From the NCBI GenBank assembly GCA_964252035.1, contig OZ176215.1: a stretch of 64,000 nt of DNA; one strand, given 5' to 3'. A program made the translations under genes and the position numbers. Under the pieces are notes generated by a model, which ran no database searches, was not told where the DNA came from, and was given only the letters and a program-made list of their open reading frames with translations. Positions 34,233-46,782 of this stretch are shown in pieces (within the stretch, counting starts at the first letter, position 1; each line of letters opens with the position of its first letter). This DNA comes from Podarcis erhardii. Taxonomy: Eukaryota.

Positions 34233-34369
34233 CTGGGAAATAGAGCCAAGGGGCCTTTCAAGAACAGAAGGATGCTTGGTAGAGATGAGAGGGGGAGGGT
34301 TGGAGATGGCGGACAATCTCTGGAAGCCCGTCCGAGAACCTTCATGCATGTTTAAGGAGATTGAGTGAC
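34233..34369 (-). CDS. NCOR2: NCOR2 coding exon E (137 nt; GHSISLNMHE...ISNPPPLISTKHPSVLERPLGSISQ)
   Basis: Acceptor tgtatgcag|GT CAC; donor TCC CAG|gtaaag. Confidence 0.96.
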
Positions 34370-34515
34370 CTGCATACAAAAATAAATAAATAAAAAAGCA
34401 AGGAAAAAAGCAAGAGGCATTTATAATTTCGAATTTTATTTTTAAAGAAAGACTGCTTCACTTGTCTCAAGCTTTCAGTTGTGTGTGTGTGGGGGGGTGT
34501 CTGTATGTGTGATAA

Positions 34516-34669
34516 GACTAGCTCAGCTGGTTAGAGTGTGGTGCTGATAACGCCAAGGTTGCAGGTTTGATCCCCTTAAGGGGCAACTGCAGTGAGAGTC
34601 ATTGTAGACAATACTGTACTAGACAGATTAATGGTCTGACTTGGTACAAGGCAGCTTCCCAAGTTCCTA
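34516..34669 (+). mobile_element. SINE with tRNA-Ile-like head and short squamate SINE tail
   Basis: tagctcagctggttagagtgtggtgctgataacgccaaggttgcaggtttgatccc, then gtagacaatactg...atggtctgacttggtacaaggcagcttccc. Confidence 0.65.
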
Positions 34670-34964
34670 GTGCTGCCGCCATGGGGCCTCGTGCCTACGA
34701 GCACTGAGTTTCCAAGAACGGTGGGACAGAATGTCTCTCATGGAAAGCTCATAAGCAACAGATTATGAAAACTGCTTTCCAAGGGGGCTCATGGTGGCAA
34801 CTGCTACCTGCATCAGGTTGTTCACACCAGCAAAGCAAGCCCACTTCAGAGTGCAAGGACTCAAGGACCCCTCTCCCCATATGAACCAACCTGGACCCTG
34901 CAATCAACATCTGAGGCTCTTCTTTGTGTGCCTCCTCTGCAAGAGGACCAGAGGATGACAACAT

Positions 34965-35330
34965 GAGAACAAGCCTTTTCTGTGGTGGCTCACCGCTTGT
35001 GGAATGCTCTCCCCAGGGAGGCTCACTTGGTACCTTAGGTGTCAGGCAAAAAACATTCCTCTTCTCCCAGGCCTTTGGCTAACTAAATAATCTATGACTT
35101 TTAAACTGCATGTGTGGGGGGGGGTGTTATTATTTTGTTTGTTGTTATGGTATAAATGTTTGTGTTTTTATAAAGTGTCCTGTGATCCTTGGATCACAGC
35201 AATAACCCAATACCCTTTTAAATGTTCTGTGGGAGGAGGTTATTGGTTTTTATTCTTGCTTTTATTATGTCTTTCTTTATCTTGTGTTTTTATGGTGTGA
35301 ACTGCCCTGAGATCTATGGATGAAGGGCAG
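34965..35330 (+). mobile_element. L2-type LINE 3' UTR/tail fragment
   Basis: ggtggctcaccgcttgtggaatgctctcccc...gtgtgaactgccctgagatc...gatgaagggcag; related pieces about 45680-46260 and 32230-32440. Confidence 0.55.
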
Positions 35331-35880
35331 TACATGTCAGTACATGTCAGGAACGAGCCAACAATAAATCACACAGAGTAAGTGAAGTTAACTCTCTGTT
35401 AGAAGAAATCAGGATGCGCTCAGAGCTGTCAGGCCTAATGAGCACAGCAATTCTTCTCTGGTAGGTCTTGCCCCTATGAAGCACTTGTGGAGACTGAAGG
35501 TCCCTGCCTTCCCACAGCTGCCTAAGTTTCCTCATCTCCAGGGTTTTCCCAAGCAATCTGAGACTGGGCCTGCATGTCTGCCTTTGCTCCTCCTGCTTCA
35601 TGCCTCTCTGTTGCAGCAGGAGGGGAAGAAACCTGTGCATCCTCACCAGCCTGACTCCCTCATCCCACTGTCCTGTTTCAGCTTCTGCCTCTGATTCTTG
35701 GCTGCTCTCTGACACAGACCCTCCCAGCTCCCTAAGCTTCCAACACCTCTCTCCCGCCCCCCTGCCACAGTCTTCTCCCTCTTCTCCCTGTGACCACTCA
35801 CTTCCTCTGCATCCAGCCAGTACATGATAGTATACAAATTTAACAACAACGCAACGCAAACCTGATTGAACCTCTCTCAC

Positions 35881-36042
35881 CTGGAGGATTATACTGAAAC
35901 ACGTGAGGCTCAGTGTGTGGAGAGGTTCGGATCAGATCCCTTGAACCTTGGTAGGGAAGCACCGGAGGCCAGCAGGTTGTGATGGAGGGCTCTCCAACCA
36001 GCTTTGGCCCCTCCGGGAGGGAGGTGAAATGCACTGGTTTCT
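35881..36042 (-). CDS. NCOR2: NCOR2 coding exon D (162 nt; EKPVHFTSLPEGPKL...PHVFQYNPP)
   Basis: Acceptor ttttctctcgtag|AG AAA; donor CCA G|gtgaga; phase 1-1. Confidence 0.9.
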
Positions 36043-36192
36043 CTACGAGAGAAAACAAAGGGACAGCAAATCATCAGTCAGAAAGGAACCCCAAGTAGAC
36101 AAAACACTGGGTTTGGCTGCAGGACATCCATATGCAAATCCCCATTCAGCCATGATGCTCATTGAGTGACCCTGTGCGGACAATCAGAGGCG

Positions 36193-36209
36193 CTCTCTCT
36201 CTCTCTCTC

Positions 36210-36245
<36 letters not shown>
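36193..36245. repeat. Compound (CT)n(CA)n microsatellite
   Basis: Directly visible; other dinucleotide tracts at 10670-10725, 50162-50196, 59047-59070. Confidence 0.95.
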
Positions 36246-36247
<2 letters not shown>

Positions 36248-39200
36248 TGGTCAAGTGATCGCTGCAAAATCAAGCAACAACTTCCAGGCGCAGATGGGCC
36301 ACTGCATATGTAGCAGCAAAGAGAGAGCCGTTCGTATTGCTATCCTGCATTGCTTGAAACACAGTGCTTTGCAGTGGGACCTGAGCATATATGCAGCTAT
36401 CAGTCACAATTCAAAGAAATCAAGTTTCACACAAGTACATATGAACTGCGGCTAATTATTCTCTCTCAATCTAACTAATCTTGTAAAACCTTTGTGGGAT
36501 GATCTGAAGAGTTTTGCGTTACGAAAAGCTCAGTGGGGGTGGGGAGAATAACAACAATAAGCAACTCTCGTATGCTACAATCCGAAGGACACCTTGCGGA
36601 GGAAGAGCAGGTAGGAGCAGGGTCTTATCTTCTGGTGGCAACCAATCTCTGGTGTACCCTCATCAGAAACTTTATTTATTTATTTGAGTAATTTATACCT
36701 TGTCCCTATTTAAGCCAAAGGGGCTCTCAAAGCAGTTTACAAAAAGACAAACAAACCCGAACTAGTTGCAAAACTAACTTGTTCAGTTCAGAGTTCAGTT
36801 CAAGTTCATGCAAATTATTCTCCCCCCCCCCCCAGCATTCAGAATGTTAAAAGCTACTGTGCTGAAGTATACAATGTACTTAAGAAGGCTAAGAGTACAT
36901 CAAAGCACACACACAGAGTGGAAGTTTAATTTATTTTCTCCAACAATTACGATTCTTAGCCTTAAAAGCCCAAAGACGCTAAAGACCAAAAAGCACATTT
37001 AAGAGAATGAAGACAAATGAGAAACTGTTCAAAGTTCTACCCCAAACCAAACTTAATTCACATTCAGTTTGCCTGGCGATTATGGAAACTACTCTCGGGT
37101 GCAGCTTGGATGTTTTTGAACTAATTCCGTGAACTTCATTAAACTGAACCTGTTCCTTCCAAGCACTGTGTAAGGGGGGGGGGGCAGAGGACATGGGACC
37201 CAGCTCTTGGGCTCCAGCGCCCTCCAGCCAGCATGGCCAAGTCAGGGGTGCTAGGAGCTGCGAGTCCAACAACATCTGGAGTCAGCAGCTTCTTGTTCCC
37301 TCTGCAAGGGCTGCTTCCTCAGGCCTCTGCCCACCACAGAGACAAGGACCTCAAGACAGCATGGCGGGGCTGAACATGGTTCTCCTGTCAGGAATGTACT
37401 CCTCCTACATACACAGTACACAACTGCTTAAGAATAGGCCTCGTTAAACGTTACCCAAAGCTGATTCTATCTGCTGCTCTGCTTTTAAATATGTTGCCTT
37501 TATTTGTTGTATTCTGGATTTATTTGTCTCTGCTGTTACGGCTAGCCCACCCTGATGGGTGTTTGCACTTAAGCAGGGACTATAAACCGTTGAGTTAAAA
37601 ATAAACGAAGTTGCTTTTTCCCAAGTCAGAACATTGTGCCATCTAGCTCACTCTTGCCTACACTGGGGTTTGTGGGGACCTTTTTCGACTCGATGGTCAC
37701 ATTCCCTTGTCATCGCCGGGGTGGGGGGCATATGCCAATGGCAGACATGGGCAGAGCAACAGACGTGACTTTTCCCTTTGTGCAGCAGGCCTCATTCCAG
37801 CCGTGGAGCCTCTCCATCCTCTCTCCAGGCAAGCAAAAGGCATTGCCACAGAAGAACACACTCCAGCCAGGCAAGAAGATTGCAAGGAGGGTGAAGAGCA
37901 GAGCAGTGTGAGGCATGGCCTGGGGAGAAGGGGAACGGCTTGGGGAGAGGATGCGGGGCCAGAGAGAAGCCCGAGGAGCTGCACTTGGCCCCCCACCCCA
38001 GCCTGCCTGGCCTAGAGAGTTTCAGGCCAGCGTCCCTCCCAGACCTACCTGGAGATGCCAGGGATTGAAACTGGGACCTTCTGCATGCAAAACAGGTGCT
38101 TTACTACTGAGCTATGGCCGTCCCCCGAAAGGAATGAATGAACAAATTATCTGTTTGCCTTTAGTTATGTAAAAACAACTTTACTGAGAGGCCCACAAGC
38201 CAACAAACAAATGCCCTTAAGGTCCTTCCAAGCACAACTAATATCTGAGACCAATGGAGAGATGAGGATTGCCAAGACCTTCACAGCACTTTATGCCTAT
38301 GGAGGCAGGTCTCTCGAGAAAAGCAAAAGCCCAATAAAAAAGGAGCAGCATCCACTGTCCCTGTGAAAACTCGTACGAAGGGACTTGTGTGACTCTAAAG
38401 TCTGCTTTTACTTGCTCAAACTGCTAGTAATGCAGATGGGGACTGTTTGGAGTTACGCCAGAGGTGAGATGGATACTGAGGGACTGAAAATGACCTGTTC
38501 AACCAAGGACTTTTTTGAGGGGGGCAGAGATGAGCCTAGGGCCTCTGCGTGGGCCCTCACAGTGCCAGGGCTTCGACCCTGGAAAGAGACAAGAGGGAGG
38601 TCTATGTGAAACACACACACACCCCCCAATGCTTTGATGTGACCCCAACATCCGGACAGACAATGGAAGGAATGGGCATGGAAAATTCTCCCAGCCAAGC
38701 CTCACCATGTTGGATGCTGCCCCCTTGAGGGGGCTATGTGCTCTGCTGGGAGGGAAGATGCAAAGCAATGGGGTTTACTGTCCTGAAATGCCTGTGTGTT
38801 ATATAGGAATAACTCCTCACACTTCTCCCTGGAAAGCCTACCTCATACTTTTGAGAACCAGGAGACTAAACTGCATCCATGTCACCACCCCCCACTTTCT
38901 GGCTTTCATGATTTAAGATGTGAAACATGGTTTTTATCTGCACCTTCAAAGGATGGCATGAAGCAGATGGGAGACACGTCAGCATCAAAGGGTGAGGCTT
39001 GGAGGCAGACAGCAGCACAGAGGCCTCTGGCTCTTCAACGGCTTGTGCATATTTTCCTTGGTAATTCTCTGTGCTCCTCCCAGACTTCAACTCTCCCCTC
39101 ACTGCACTCTCTTTGTCTCTCCCACAGGGACAGCCAAGGCTATGCACGGAACCCGGGTGCAGGAATTGCAGCCCTTTGGAGGGCCTTTGCAACAAAGGGA

Positions 39201-41912
39201 AGGCGGCTGCCCCACAGCTAGCAAGGCGGAGGTACCTTGACAAAATGGGGAAGCAATACACCAAGAAAAGATTTGTACGAAAGCTCAGCTATGGCCCCAT
39301 GAATAGGGTGAGTGCGGGGCCACCGCTGTTCTTCAAAGAAACAGTTGGCATTTATTTAACACTTGTTTTGAATAGTTTTCTTTTTAATTTAGCAAACCTG
39401 TGTTTGTCTCCACCTTCTGTAATCCAAGCAAAATATTTAGGGTTGCAGCCCATGTTGTTCCTACTCAGTAAACCCATTGAAATGAATGAACATGAATAAC
39501 TTGGGTCCATTAATTATACTAGGTCTGCTCTGAATAGAACTTATTTGGAGACAACTCTTGGCATTTCTACAGCACTTTATAGTCCACGAAGAGCTCCACA
39601 TGCAGTGGGGTGAATCCTGAGATTGTCAGGCAAGTGAGAGCGGGGGGGGGGGGGGGGGAGTGCCATGTGCAGAAGCAGCAAGGGCCCCACAACCACTGAT
39701 CGGATGTTTCATCCCTAGCTAGCAGGACCTGGGGTCAGGGGTGATGGGAGTTGTAGTCCAACAACAGCTGGGGACCCAAGTTTGAGAAACAATGCACTGC
39801 ACTATGGGTGTCTCCAGACTGTCAATACTTTGTGGGAGGGATTCAATCACACCGACATATTCGGACTTTAGGTTTGCAATTAAAACCAATTAAAAAGCAT
39901 TCTGTTGCCCCTAGTGCAACAAATCCACTTTAAACATCCTGCATGCCGAATGGGGTGGACCACTCTTTTGTTTTATGACAGCTTTGTAAATAAATAATAA
40001 GAAAAGCTCAATGAAGACTGGATGGCGCCTAAATTCTGTGTAAGCTTTGTGCAAGCAAATTAGGATGAAGGTTTAATGAACGGGTTGTCTGGAGGAGTCT
40101 ATGTCAGACCACTGATCCACTTAGCCCAGAACATATTGGAAGTGGCTCTCCAGGGCAGCCTTTCCCAATAGGGTGCCCCCAGGGATGATGGGAGTTGGAG
40201 TCAGACAACATCTGGAGGGCAGCAGGTTGACAAAGGCAGGGACCTCTCCTTCCCAGCCTTGCAGTCCAAGATTCTTTCAGATGGAGATGTTGGGAGCTGA
40301 ACCTGGAACCACTTCCGTGAGAAGGGTTGTAGCTCAGTGGCAGAGCATCTGCAGGTCAGGCTGGGAATATCCCCTTCCTGAAACCCGGGAGATCTTCTGC
40401 CAGGGTAGACCTGCCTTTCCAACCTTGGGTCCCCAGCTGTTGTTGGACTACAATTCCCATCATCTCTGACGGCTGGCCCTTCTCACAAGGGATGGTGGGA
40501 GTTGTAGTCCAACAACAGCTGTGGATCCAAGGTTGAGAAAGGCTGGTATAGACAATGTTGAGCAAGATGGCAGGCTGGGCTGACTCAAGGTAGGGCAGCC
40601 TCCTTTTTTCCCCTAAGCACGAGCTCAGCTACTGAGCTTTAGATCGCTCGGCATAAAGCGCTGTTGCTGTTTCTCCCAAAGCAGCGGAAGTCGGGAAGCC
40701 TGTGCGGGAGCTGGGACAACATGTGCTTTTATTTCTATCACTGAGTGTCTGGCGCAACAGGGGAAATGGCAGGGGAAATTCCTAATGGGAAACGACAGAG
40801 GCCCAGAAAATTGCTGGATCCTGGTATAAGTCCACTGGCTGCAATATCCAACATACGTTATTTGCAAGGGATCTTCAGCCTCAAAGGAAAGACGTGTGCT
40901 GCGTATATCTGGAAAGCTATTCCACCCCCAGCTGAGGGTGGAAACGCTTTGAAGTCTAAAGTACGAATGCTTTATTTTGACCTCCTCCTGCCATGCCGCA
41001 ACCTATATTAAAGGGGGGCTATAACTCAGGGTCTTTTTGATAGAACAGCTCTTATCCCCAGTAAGAGAGTTACTATTACCGTTTATCAAGGCCCTGGAAA
41101 TTGGAGAAAGAGAGACATCGTTTATACTATCCGTCATCCAAATGCATGCTCTTGGCTTTCAACGGGCCCTCAAAAGGCCAAGCTAAAAAGGGTGGCTAAA
41201 TCAATAGGAAACATATTGCTAGCTCCAAAGCTGCCAAGAGAAAAGGAAAGAAAAAGGCAACAACCCCACATTTGCACACTCTTCCTCTTCCCTCCCCTCC
41301 AACCCCTTGCTCTCGCCTCCTCTGCTTGGCTTCTCCATACAAAAACAAAAAGCAAAACACAGGGAGAGAAAAAAAACGGGAACCATCTGAGGGAGAAATG
41401 AGAGCCAAATGGGCAGCGCTCCCATCCGCCAAACCAGAAAAAGGCCTTCATGCCAGAGGAGGAGGAAGAGGCAGTGGCGGGAGTGTGTGTGCAAATGCTT
41501 TGGCTAGAGCAGCTCCTAGCTGACAATGGTTCAGCCAAAAGACCTGCAGGACAGGGAACCCCTCACTCAGGTCGTGACGGTGCTCTCTTAAAAGCCTGGC
41601 CAACAAAGCCGCTCTGGATGTTTGGGCCTCCAGAGCAGTAAAAGAAAGCAGTTTAGCTGGCTCTGTTCTTCACAGGTGGGAGTGGAGGAGATCCCTCCTC
41701 CCGCCACCATATTTGACTTTTTGGGGGGTGAAATCCTCCCATCCAACCTGGGAGAACTGAAACAATGAACTCCCATTGCCTGAAAGTACAGCCCCTTTGC
41801 CAAGACAGCACATGCCCTCCTGCATAAGGCTGACACATCTCATTACCTTACGGCTCTGGTCTAAGGAACTTCGTTCCCTGTATGCAACTCCCTCCCCGCC
41901 AGAAAAAGGGTA

Positions 41913-42966
41913 GCGTATTTTTCTCTCTACAACACACAGAAGGGGAAATGTCTGTGCGTGTTATTGAGCGAATGTGTGGTCCCTGGAGGAGTGCAGGGGC
42001 AACTAATCAGGCAAAAATCAAATTGCGCGAAACAGAGAAGGGAAGCCAGAAAAGAGGAAGCTCCTGCATTCTGCCTCAGGGTCTTACTGCCCACCCTCTT
42101 CTGTTTCTTTGCTGTGTTTGCTCAAACGGAACAAAGAGCAGGCAAATCCCCTCCCCTCCAGGCAAGCAGAGGGGAAAGCAGAGCGTCCTTACTTCTAATT
42201 CCTCTCCCTGCTCCGGTGCTGCTGCTGCTGTGTCTAGGGACTCACAGGCAGCCGGAAAACATGCAGGTGGGAGAGAGGGAGAGAGAGATTGAGGGGGGGG
42301 GCTGGCTGCCTTGGGTGGGTGGGTGGGGAACTTTTGCCTTCCTTTCCTCCCCCCCCATTAAATCCCTCTCCTGCATTCTTAGCCAGCTGCTTCTCTGCAC
42401 ACCCCTCTCGTGCTCCTTGTCCCTTCTGTGTTTTTCCTTCCCTCCCCACTTAAAATGTGGTTACAAAGCATGGATCCACATGGATCCTCAGGATCTTTGC
42501 ATTGGGTCACCCCAAATTCACCATCAGATCACATAGCATGTCCATGGCTACAGCCTGCCCCGCCAAAATCACGCACCCACTGTTGCTTGGGGCTGCGATG
42601 GTGCAAAAACGTGGTTAAAAAGCATGGATCCACAGGATCTTTGCATTGGGTCACCCCAAATTCACCATCAGATCACATAGCATGTCCATGGCTACAGCCT
42701 GCCCCCCCCCCAAATCACGCACCCACTGTTGCTTGGGGCTGCGATGGTGCAAAAACGTGGTTAAAAAGCATGGATCCACATGGATTCTCAGGATTTTTGC
42801 ATTGGGTCACCCCAAATTCACCATCAGATCACATGTCTGTGGCCACAGCATGAAGCACAAAAATGATACATCCACTGTTTCATTCAGAATTCCCCCCCCC
42901 CTTGTTTTCCTCTAAAAACGATGTGCGTGTTATGGTCAGGTGCGTGTTATAGAGCGAAAAATACGG
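41913..42966. mobile_element. Tigger/pogo-like MITE, about 1.05 kb
   Basis: TA flanks (41911-12, 42967-68); TIRs gcgtatttttctctctacaacac / gtgttatagagcgaaaaatacgg; internal unit of about 150 bp repeated. Confidence 0.8.
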
Positions 42967-44264
42967 TACTCTAAATTCTTTAAGAAGGGAATGAGAACAA
43001 GAAAATTGGTGGGGGGAGAGACCATGTAAAACTAAACAGGACTGCACTTGCTGATTTAGTATATGGCATTTGTCTTGCTTTTGTGTCTCATCGCATCTGT
43101 CTCTCCCTGCATTATCTGGAATCAGTTGAGATTCCTGCATTCCAGGGGATTGGTCTAGATGACAATCAGAGTCGCTTCCAACTCTCCAATTCTACTGGAG
43201 GGATAAAAGAACTAATGACATACTGGTTGAGGTCAAATGCAAGGAACAGCACCAGGTAAGGGTCAAGGACATGAGCAGGGTGAGAAAGTCCTGGCTAGTA
43301 GAATGTGTTTGTACCAGGTAAGTAAGTGCAGTTTGCACGACATCTTGGGTGGAGTCGCCTGTTAGTGCTCCTTTCCTGAGTTTTCTTGTGTTGAAAGTTC
43401 TTCATTTAAAATGGGTCTCACTTCCCCAGATATTATGTCTCGACAGACCTAGGAAACATGGCTAACCAATACCCAGCCTGACCGTTAGTCCAGCTGGCTC
43501 AGCATTGTTTACACTGACTTCTCCAGGGCTTCAGGTGGGTTCTCTCCCTGCCCTACCTGGAGATGTTGGTAATTGAACCTGGGACCTTCTGCATGCAAAG
43601 CAGAAGCTCTGCCAGGTAGCTACACTCCTTCCCAGTTAGACACCCCAAGGAATGCGGCCCATCTCCCTGCAGAGCAGGTTCAGCAAGAAGAGCACCTGCC
43701 CTGCATGGAGGAGGACTCAGCTGCAAACCTCAACATCCCCACTTTAAAGGGCATGCAAAAACTTTTGCTTGAGATTTCTCAGCCGAGGGGGGCTGGGCCA
43801 ACTCCACTGCTGCGGCTCAGAGACCAGCAGTTTTTGGCTCTTCTGTCTCTTTCCACCTTGTGACTAAGACACTGTACCCAACTTTTATTGTTCCCTCCTC
43901 CCTCCCAATGCCTTTTCCTCTTGTGTCATGTCTTCATGTAGAATGCAATCATGAGGGCAGGAGCTGCCTTGTTTGCAGCAATTTGTAAGCTGCGCTATGG
44001 CTTTTGGTTTTATTTTTCTTACTGCAGAACTGGATAAAAAATTCTTTAAATAAATCAGCCTTGGGAAGTGGCAGACTGGCAAGCGGTCCAACTCAGTCTA
44101 TGGCAGCTTCATGTGCAAGCTGGAGACCTCCCTGCTGGCGAATCTTCTCATAAGTAAACACTTCACATGGCAGGATGGAGTGCCTACTGACAAGGACTTC
44201 CTCTGCTACTCACATCCCCCCCCCCCCAAAAAAACCATGTTTGTGTCCCTAAAGATAATATACC

Positions 44265-44435
44265 ATAGCTCAGGGGTAGAACATCCACTTCGAACGCAGA
44301 AGGTTCAATCCCTGGCATCTCCAAGCAGAATTGGGAGAGAACCCTCCCTGAGATCTTGGAGAGCTGCTGCCGGTCAGTGTAGGCAATACTGATCTAGAGG
44401 CAGCAATGGTCTGACTCAGTATAAGGCAATGTCCG
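44265..44435 (+). mobile_element. Short tRNA-derived squamate SINE (Squam3-like)
   Basis: catagctcaggggtagaacat...ggttcaatccctggcatctcc...gtaggcaatactg...atggtctgactcagtataaggca; other copies about 10320-10430, 21030-21190, 38040-38115, 40325-40615, 43470-43620. Confidence 0.7.
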
Positions 44436-45056
44436 TATGCAAAAAGGCAGAGGCCCAGTAAGCGCCACTCTCTCTTAGCACAGAAGGGAGCCACACAGCA
44501 GTGGAAGGATTCTTAGACATGCATTATGAGGTGACCAATTGCAGTGCCTCCTCAAGTGTTTTGCCAATCAATACCAGGGAGGCACAGAGAAGGGGAAGAA
44601 AGCTACAAACTGCCCATTAGGTGCACCAGCCATTTCCACCCTGAATGCAGCAGAGAATCTTTTACAGGAAGCCTTGCCCTTCCAGTCAGGGCATTAGCAT
44701 TGATTCTCCAAGAAATAATGTCTCCAGCTGAACACTAAAAGCCTTTTGAAGGCAGCGGGGAGTAGCTTGCCCCACAGCCCTGGCCCTGTTCCAGGTCTCC
44801 TTGCCCCGCTTCCAAACGCAACGGCCGGGGACATTAGTAAGAGGGATCTCCCGCCTCTTGGCATTTGATCAGGCAGAGCGAAACACGATGTTCCCTCTAA
44901 TTAGCCATGCCTGCCTGACTCTGTGGAGAGAGAGACAGAAAAAGGGAGGCAGAGAAAGCTTCCAAAGAGCCCATGAGGTTGGCATGGGGGGCTAATCTCC
45001 ACCCTCACCTGCACTTCTGTGACCATTGCCTCCCCGGACCCCAAACACCCACACAC

Positions 45057-45285
45057 CTTCTTTATCAACCACAGCTGGGCTCCTGCTCTGGGCCCTGGGA
45101 CTGCTGCTCAGCGGGGGGTCCTTCTCAGCTGGCTGCAGCTGCAGCTGCTTACTCTGTGCAGAGTCCTCGTGGGCAGATTCGTGGACCATGGTGATTTGCT
45201 GCTGGTAAAGGGCCAAAGCGTGATGAGGCATCTGAGACTTCAGGCTTCCGCTCTGCAGAACTCCCTCCTGTAAACCTTCTGAAAT
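45057..45285 (-). CDS. NCOR2: NCOR2 coding exon C (229 nt long form; ISEGLQEG...YQQQITMVHE...SRSPAVVDKE); possible short form from 45198
   Basis: Acceptor ttcccttccctgcag|ATT; donor GAA G|gtgtgt; 76 codons+1 nt; 3' part aligns with recalled human QVTKVHE...SRSPAPPADKE. Confidence 0.88.
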
Positions 45286-46598
45286 CTGCAGGGAAGGGAA
45301 GAAGAGAAAAAGTGGATGAATCCTGCCATTTGCAGCTGGTGTGTACAAACACACACATGCATGCACACTCCATGGGGCATGAATGAATGCCACACTTCAG
45401 CTCCTCTGCAGAGAGGTTTTCAAAAGCCAGTTCATCCTCCCTGAGCCCCTGACTTTTCCCTCTTTCTGGGGAACAGGAAAGAGAAACTGGAACAGCATGG
45501 GAATCATTTTTAAACCAAGGGCCGCATTTCCCTCTGGGAGCCACATGCTGGGGTGAGCAGGGCCAGAGGCAAAAGTGGCCAGGGCAATGACTATGACTCT
45601 TACCTTTCTACAACGGGCGACATTCCAGCCATGCAAATGTCAGAGGAGAGACTACACTTGTCTCTCCCCATCTCGTCAAACAAGAGGCATTGGCATAGTT
45701 AAGTGAAGGGCTGGGGCAGGGAAAGACTTGATTTCTGCATCTGTGTGCGCCTGATTCAGCTGGTGCAAAATGCTGTAACTGCACTGCTGGTAGGGGCAGA
45801 CTACCACCAGCACAGAACATCACTCTTTAAAAGCTTGCATTGGCTGCCATATGCTACTGAGTTACTGTCAGTTCGAGTCTTATATTAATTTCCAATGCCC
45901 TTGTAAACAACTTGGGTCCAGGATACCAAGGACCTCCTGATCCCTTATATCCCAACCTGATCCCTGCTATCTCTGGGGTAGTCTCTGCTAGTGGTCCCCC
46001 GTGGCTCAGATGCACGTCTTGTAACTGCTAGGAGCTGTGCATTAACTGTAGCGGGCTGCAGCCTATGGAATGAGCCTAACTGAGATGAGATGGGCATCCT
46101 TTTTGCTGAACTTCAGGTGCATGACTAGGATTTTCATGTTCCGGCAAACATTTTGAGGTAGTATTTGGTTCTATGAAAAATATTTATTTTTTATTGTCCT
46201 ATTTTCTGTGGTTTGATTTTATGTATGCCACTTAGAAATAGGAATGATTAAGCTATATATAAATGTCTTACATTAAAAAATAAGCAATCAGGAGCCAGAA
46301 CGGAGAGACTTGGAGGGTCAGACCCAGCTCCTCGGTCTGAGGTTCCCCAGCTCTGAACTGTGTGATAAAACCTGCTGATTGCCTGACTAAAAGCACAACA
46401 AATGGCAGGTGCCCTTCAGCCTTGGGGCTAACTCACTGTCACTTGGGGGAGCTGAATGGTCCATGCAAATTATTCCTACCAAGCACAGTCTTGCAGGGGT
46501 CACCCCCTCCCCAAAGCCCCGGGTTTAAACACAGCAGGAGCAAAAAGACAAATTGTTTTGAGGAAGGTGTTGGAGCTGGTTTGGGAGCCACTACTCAC

Positions 46599-46719
46599 AA
46601 TGGGCGGAATGGCAGCAGCTCTTTGCTTCAGCTGTTTCAAGTCCAGCGGCTTCTGAGGTGAGGAGCTGAGCCGGGTGTCATTAGTTGCGTTGAGGAGGCT
46701 GGGCCGGGAAGAGATCAGC
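46599..46719 (-). CDS. NCOR2: NCOR2 coding exon B (121 nt; LISSRPSLL...KPLDLKQLKQRAAAIPPI)
   Basis: Acceptor ccatgcag|G CTG; donor CCC ATT|gtgagt; 1+40 codons; completes AA|G from exon A. Confidence 0.96.
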
Positions 46720-46782
46720 CTGCATGGAAACACAAAGCACTGCAGTTAAGAACGGCTACTGTTATGTCAGGAATCCTATGCC

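Noticed and set aside
35330-35349. p53-like response element (gtaCATGtca x2)
   Set aside because: Two mismatches per half-site, and it lies at a LINE 3' junction where a 10-bp duplication is the simpler explanation.
35347-35880. 177-aa minus-strand ORF right after exon D as an alternative terminal exon
   Set aside because: It is in a different frame from exon D; in-frame read-through stops after 13 codons (TAA at 35840-42). No recognisable homology.
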